DNA of 63,190 nucleotides, counting the filler, from Licmophora abbreviata (lineage: Eukaryota): the NCBI GenBank assembly GCA_900291995.1. It is 9 parts of 9 records of this genome, joined end to end, with 100 filler letters (N's around TTAATTAATTAA, not from the genome) between each part and the next. Parts side by side here need not be neighbours in the genome. Positions count along the whole stretch, not along the records: positions 57,179 to 63,190 come from OLMU01001297.1; 8 more parts are not named here. One strand, given 5' to 3'. The stretch's first letter is position 1. Each line of letters begins with the position of its first letter. Below, piece by piece: positions 58,460 through 63,190 of this stretch. The notes below the pieces were generated by a model. The model saw nothing but the letters and a program-made list of their open reading frames with translations. It made no database searches and had not been told where the DNA came from. The position numbers and the translations under genes were made by a program.

Positions 58460-59862
58460 CTATGCTTTAGCCTCGTTCGGTGGGGCTTCTGCGTCCACGG
58501 GTGGACGGGCATGAACCACTAACCTCCAATCTTCCACACTAATGTATCCAGAAAATGGTTTTTCTTCTGATTTGTCATTTGCCGTATCAACTGTCACATT
58601 AGAAGGGAGTATATGTGATCGGACGAACTTCCGTGCCAACAAACATCCTTCCTCGCGCGCCGACTTTGTGACACGTCTCAGGTCCTCCACTCCATCCCAA
58701 AAGATGCCGGATTCCGCGGACCCACACTCCAGTCAGCATAGGTGATGCGCTTTAGGTTGATCGTTGGTGCCGATGGTAACACTCCTAGAAGTCCCAGTGC
58801 GGTAGGAAAATACAGCTCGTCGCTAGCTTTGGTATCTTCAAAGAATTCCCATAGAAAATGGTCGCGCGGCAGGTTCCGATCAATCTGCATAATGGCGGTG
58901 GCATGAGCATGACTCAGAACCATCCACTGATCTGCTTTCCAAAGACAGCTGTCTGGAACCGCAGGATGAATCTTGTCGAACTGAAGCTGCTTCGAGTAGC
59001 CATTGTTTGGTGTATTGCGAGCATTGACCCAAGAGACGTGCTGCTGAAAAGATACGTCGCCAAACAAGGCCTTCCTCGCCTCAGGAAGAGTAGTCACCGG
59101 AATGCACGTTTCACTAACAAAAATAAACTTGTCCACAGGAGCCAGTGGTGACGATGATAGTATCTCTTCTGGCGTGTTGAGGTCGAAGGCGTAACGTCGC
59201 GTCGAGAAGCGATAATCCGTTTCCTTGGCCTCACTCACCCGCCCCCCAAGCAGAAGACCCTCGTGCAGCAAGTCCAACATGGCCCGTGTGATTTCAATAG
59301 ATCCCCATTCTGGACAGCGGGAGTGATAGGTAGGCGCTTGATACTCGTGTCCTCGTCCGATGACGGGTGGATCCACTAGCATTCGCTGCTGCAACCATGT
59401 ACTCTTGACGCGATGAGGAAACTTGGCGTGACAAAGCAGACTGACTTGGAGATTGGCAGAGTCCGCTTCTGAAGCCCATGCCTTCCACAAGTGCTCATGT
59501 GGCAAGTCTTCGATGGAGATCATTAAAAGAGCGATATGGCGGCGTTGCTGCTGGGGGAAAGCCTTCTTCGATGCTGGCTTCTGTTGTGTCTCGGTCGTCA
59601 GTCGGAAATGAGGCAGCGTTGCGAGAGCTCGTTTGAAAGTATGATCGTTCAAATAGCGTCGTCCCCGGCGCTTTGTTAGAGAAGGAGTGTTCTGTGGATG
59701 GCCTCCTTGATGCTGTCGCTTCCGTCCATGTTGTCGATTCTGGCCGTAGCGATGATGCAGCTCGCCAGCGTCGCCTCCGCCACCCGATGGTTCGGCGCCC
59801 CGTGAAGCAGCCGCATTGTCAGCTTTTCTTTGGAGATTCGCCAATTGCGAAGAGAAATCCAT
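58460..59862 (-). CDS. DUF266/BC10 (GT14-like, core-2/I-branching) glycosyltransferase-like protein with an apparent frameshift near 58695-58702
   Basis: IALLM...LPHEHLW, WGSIEI, FIFVSETCIP, KADQW, DELYFPT, TYADWS; conserved LLARKF lies in the next frame (ORF 58460..58690). Confidence 0.8.
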
Positions 59863-60195
59863 CTTTGTGCGGGAGACGCGACTGCCTTAGCCTTGAGCAC
59901 TTTCGATGTTTCAATGCAGAATATGATCCAATTGTGTGCCTTGGTTCTTGCCGTGGTGCCATGGCAAGGCCCACTGTCTCTCCTTGAATGTACGAGAAGT
60001 CTAGGTTGTGTTGTCAAGTTCCGAATGCCATCAGAGGTGCGGTCCCGACGCGTGTCGAGTCGAGTCAGTCGAGTCAAGTCTACTCGGAGTAGCAAACAAC
60101 ACTGATCTGCGACACATCGAAAACCTTCGACCGGTAGGAAGATGATGGAAGATGAAAGATTATGTAGTTCGCCATATACGCCCAGTCCTAGGATC

Positions 60196-63190
60196 TTAAC
60201 GTTTAGGCTCCATCGCTTTCATCAGTGAGCCACTTAGGATGCTCAGACTATGGATTTTGACGAGATTCTGCTTGTTGCCGGCGGTAGAAGCCAAACTCAG
60301 CAATCGCAAGACCAGCAAGTGTGTGCTCGAGAGCGAGGCTTCGACGTCACCCGTTTCTTCCGCAAGTGCTTCCGACATCTCTGCTTCTTCTCGGACCCAT
60401 TCACATGTGTCAGCGTCAAGCAGGCCGATGATGCCACGAACCTGGGGCGAACGATTGCCGAGAACATGGTTCAACCGTCGACATGCAATTCCGACGCCAT
60501 CTTCGATCAATCTGTCAAGCTGCATATTTCGCTCAGTACTCATTGTTAGCTGTTGGTCAACCAGGGAGTCCTTACCAAGTTCGTACATCACGAGCACAAA
60601 CATTGTTCGAACATCTCGGAGGTCAACGTCCCACAGGTTCGCCAGAATCTCAATCTCCCCCAAATCCAAGCGATCCATAAACGTCGATCGCTGTATATCC
60701 TTGGCTCGCGAGACCACGGCATGTTCCAGGAAATCCATTTGCTTTTCCCCATCTGGAGTCCCTTCTCCCAAAGGTGCAAACAACGATGCGGGCAAAAAAG
60801 CGCTGAAAATATCGGGGACACATTCACTTAGCGAGTGTAGGTCGGTCGACAGCAAAGTGCCGCATATAATTACGCGGTGTGTATCAAGTGTCTTCTTGTT
60901 TATCGGAAGCATTCGATCCACAATTCCTTTTAGAATGAAGTCCTCACGCACGGCCGGCCATCCACCTGTCTCCGGTGCTTCCGACGCATGCCAAGCTAGT
61001 GCGTTTCCAGCTTTGGAGAGCGTCGCTGAGAGAAGGTTCAAGAGTACCAGCGACCGTTGCCCTAGCCGTTGCACGAACAGCTTATCTTCCAACAGAGGTG
61101 CTACACTCTCCCGATCGAGCTCGTGGACGTCATCGAAACCGAAGAAGAGGGCGCGATAGACGGGGCGAATCACTGACTCCCACACATCCAGGATGACTCC
61201 GGTTCGCAGAGAGACAGAGTTGTTGCTATCATCGTCGAATCCCTTCAAGGCATCTAGACAATCATCAAGGATACTGATCTTGCTTGGCTGAATGCAACAA
61301 AACAGAGGTGTAAGCAAGACTTTCAACCAAAAGCTAAAAATTGACCGCGAAGTTTACTTGCCGTTTGATGCCATTCGCTAGCCAGTAGAAGGGCTCTGTG
61401 TGCCACCATGAGCATGGGGGCTATGTGGTGCTTCAGAAACAGAAGCAATGCTCCTAGAAGATCATCGTCATTCATGTCTAACATGTACTCCTCGCGCTCA
61501 GCTTCGGTGATGGCCGACGCTAAACATGACTGATGGAGCAACTTCAAACGCTTCGGGCTGTCGCCGACTTCGGTCGAAGGGTCAAACGAAAGCCCGGACA
61601 TGAGACATGCTTTCTCGAGCGACAAAATTTCATCTTGTCGATGGCTCATTCTGAGTTCGTCTTGAGCCAGCCATTTGCACACAGAAAAGATATCATCAGC
61701 CTCGACATTTTTAACAGTAATGGGGAAGGCCCCTACGTGAAGCCCGTGAAGGCGAAGCGAAACGAGCAGACAGACCCGCAGTTTTCGAAGCAACTGCTTC
61801 CATGGTATTACTGAGAAATGAAAATTCATGAGAGACATTTCGACATATCTTGGGGTAGTATCACATCATGCTCTCACCTGCTTTGGACTTAGAAACGAGT
61901 CCATACGTTCTGTCCTCCTTCTTCTTTGATGCACTCGAAACTGCTTCATGGCCAAGAGATGCAAGGAGAAAAGCCCTTACGAGATCAGCAGATTCCGAGC
62001 AGAAGACGTGCAGGGCTTGAAGGACAACGACGTCCTCGCCCTCTGGTATCGAACCCACAATGACACTTAGCTCGTTGCTCGCCATGTCGTGCAACCACCT
62101 CAGAATGGGAGAGTAAGCGACGAAGAAGCTCCCCCGTGCAGCTTCTCTAGCAGATGTACTCATGAACCAGTCTCCAAAACACTGCAGAGTCGATTGCCCG
62201 GTGAGTTGCCATAATGCTTTCACAAAGACAGGTAAGCATATCGCTTACCTTGAGCAAGTAGGCTATATCGCCTCTGTCCTTAAAACTCACACCAAGCGAG
62301 CGAAAAACTGAAGCGACAACTTTGAGCTTGAAGACGTCTCTAAGAAGAGGCCCGAAGACGTGCACAAGAACCTCTGTTCGAAGTTTTGGACTCCCAGTGA
62401 AATAGATCCTGTGACGACCCGTGGAGTCGCCAGTCAGCACGCCAGTAGACGAGCAAGCTTTCGCCAAACTCGAAAACCTGAGAATCTCTCGATCCGGTGG
62501 AGCTATGCCTGCGTCGATATCAGAGCCGGAAACAGCTTCATAGGTAGTCAGCCAAGACATTCCTTCGATTGCCCACGGTGACGACGGAGAAACCCGATCC
62601 TCTTCACCAGCTGCGCCGACATCTTTTGATTCAAACTTTCGAAGCGTTTCATAAGCCTCTACTAGCTAATGAGACGGAAAGGAAGCCGCACGTGAGTCTG
62701 GCGCATGCATTTCCATTGGAACAAATCGTCGTGAGGTGTACGCACCTGTGCGTGGTACACGATTCTTGACTCGAATACCTTGACCAGAGCACTGTCTTTT
62801 GCAGACGATCCAGCATTCTTAATTGTTTGTTCAAGTACAACCTTGCAGTGTGAGACGGCCGACGCATGAAACTCAGACCCTTCAACACCCATGCTGTCTT
62901 CAAGCTGATCAGCTTCAGCTAGAACGTCAAGGGCGGCTAGAAGGTCGTTCGGTGCGGTGATCTGAGTGAACGCTTCAAAAACGTCATGTGCCTCACAAGG
63001 AACTTGAGTCTTCGCCAAAAGCTGGCGTAAGAGCTGCAGTCGCATCGCAGATTCGTGTCCCGATGGTTTGTTTGTGTCACGGGGGCGCACGTTCGCGGAT
63101 GACGTTTTCTTCACGCCAGTTTCAGTAAAGTCCGTCTCGTCGAAATCCAGGGGATCAATCTTGCTGGCAGAGGTTCCGGATGGACTTGGT
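60196..63190 (-). CDS. RAB3GAP2-like (Rab3 GAP non-catalytic subunit) C-terminal part, multi-exon, starts beyond the window
   Basis: Five consecutive minus-strand helical ORF segments with intron-like interruptions. LANLWDVDLRDVRTMFVLVMYELGKD...GIACRRL resembles the RAB3GAP2 C-terminus. Confidence 0.6.

Overview
Eukaryotic nuclear DNA, most likely from a pennate diatom (stramenopile). Evidence: compact gene spacing, short GT-AG introns with CTCAC/CTGAC-type branch points, and many bipartite signal-peptide + ASAFAP-like plastid presequences. It is a draft scaffold with eight artificial 100-nt gaps (44 N + TTAATTAATTAA + 44 N) and at least two probable homopolymer frameshifts. About 36 protein-coding genes are present. 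Recognisable ones include COQ5, lipoyl synthase, ERdj3/DNAJB11, nuclear-encoded plastid Cpn60, EED/ESC, NECAP, kanadaptin, an MscS-like channel, CorA, VIT1, a RAD51D-like paralog, a SET-domain protein, LDAH and a RAB3GAP2-like gene. I found no rRNA, tRNA or CRISPR. Most notable: (1) a secreted, probably GPI-anchored protein with the motifs of the bacterial AztD-type zinc-binding beta-propeller, preceded by a 3x44-bp tandem repeat, which is a candidate cell-surface metal-scavenging system; (2) a plastid Rieske-fold protein whose His ligands are replaced to give CxxC...CxxC; (3) a ~1,050-aa protein with an internal ubiquitin-like domain ending in Gly-Gly; (4) a SPIDR-like OB-fold protein; (5) a convergent pair of unusual glycosyltransferase-like genes; (6) recurrent promoter motifs. 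All family calls come from motif recognition by eye; no database search was run.
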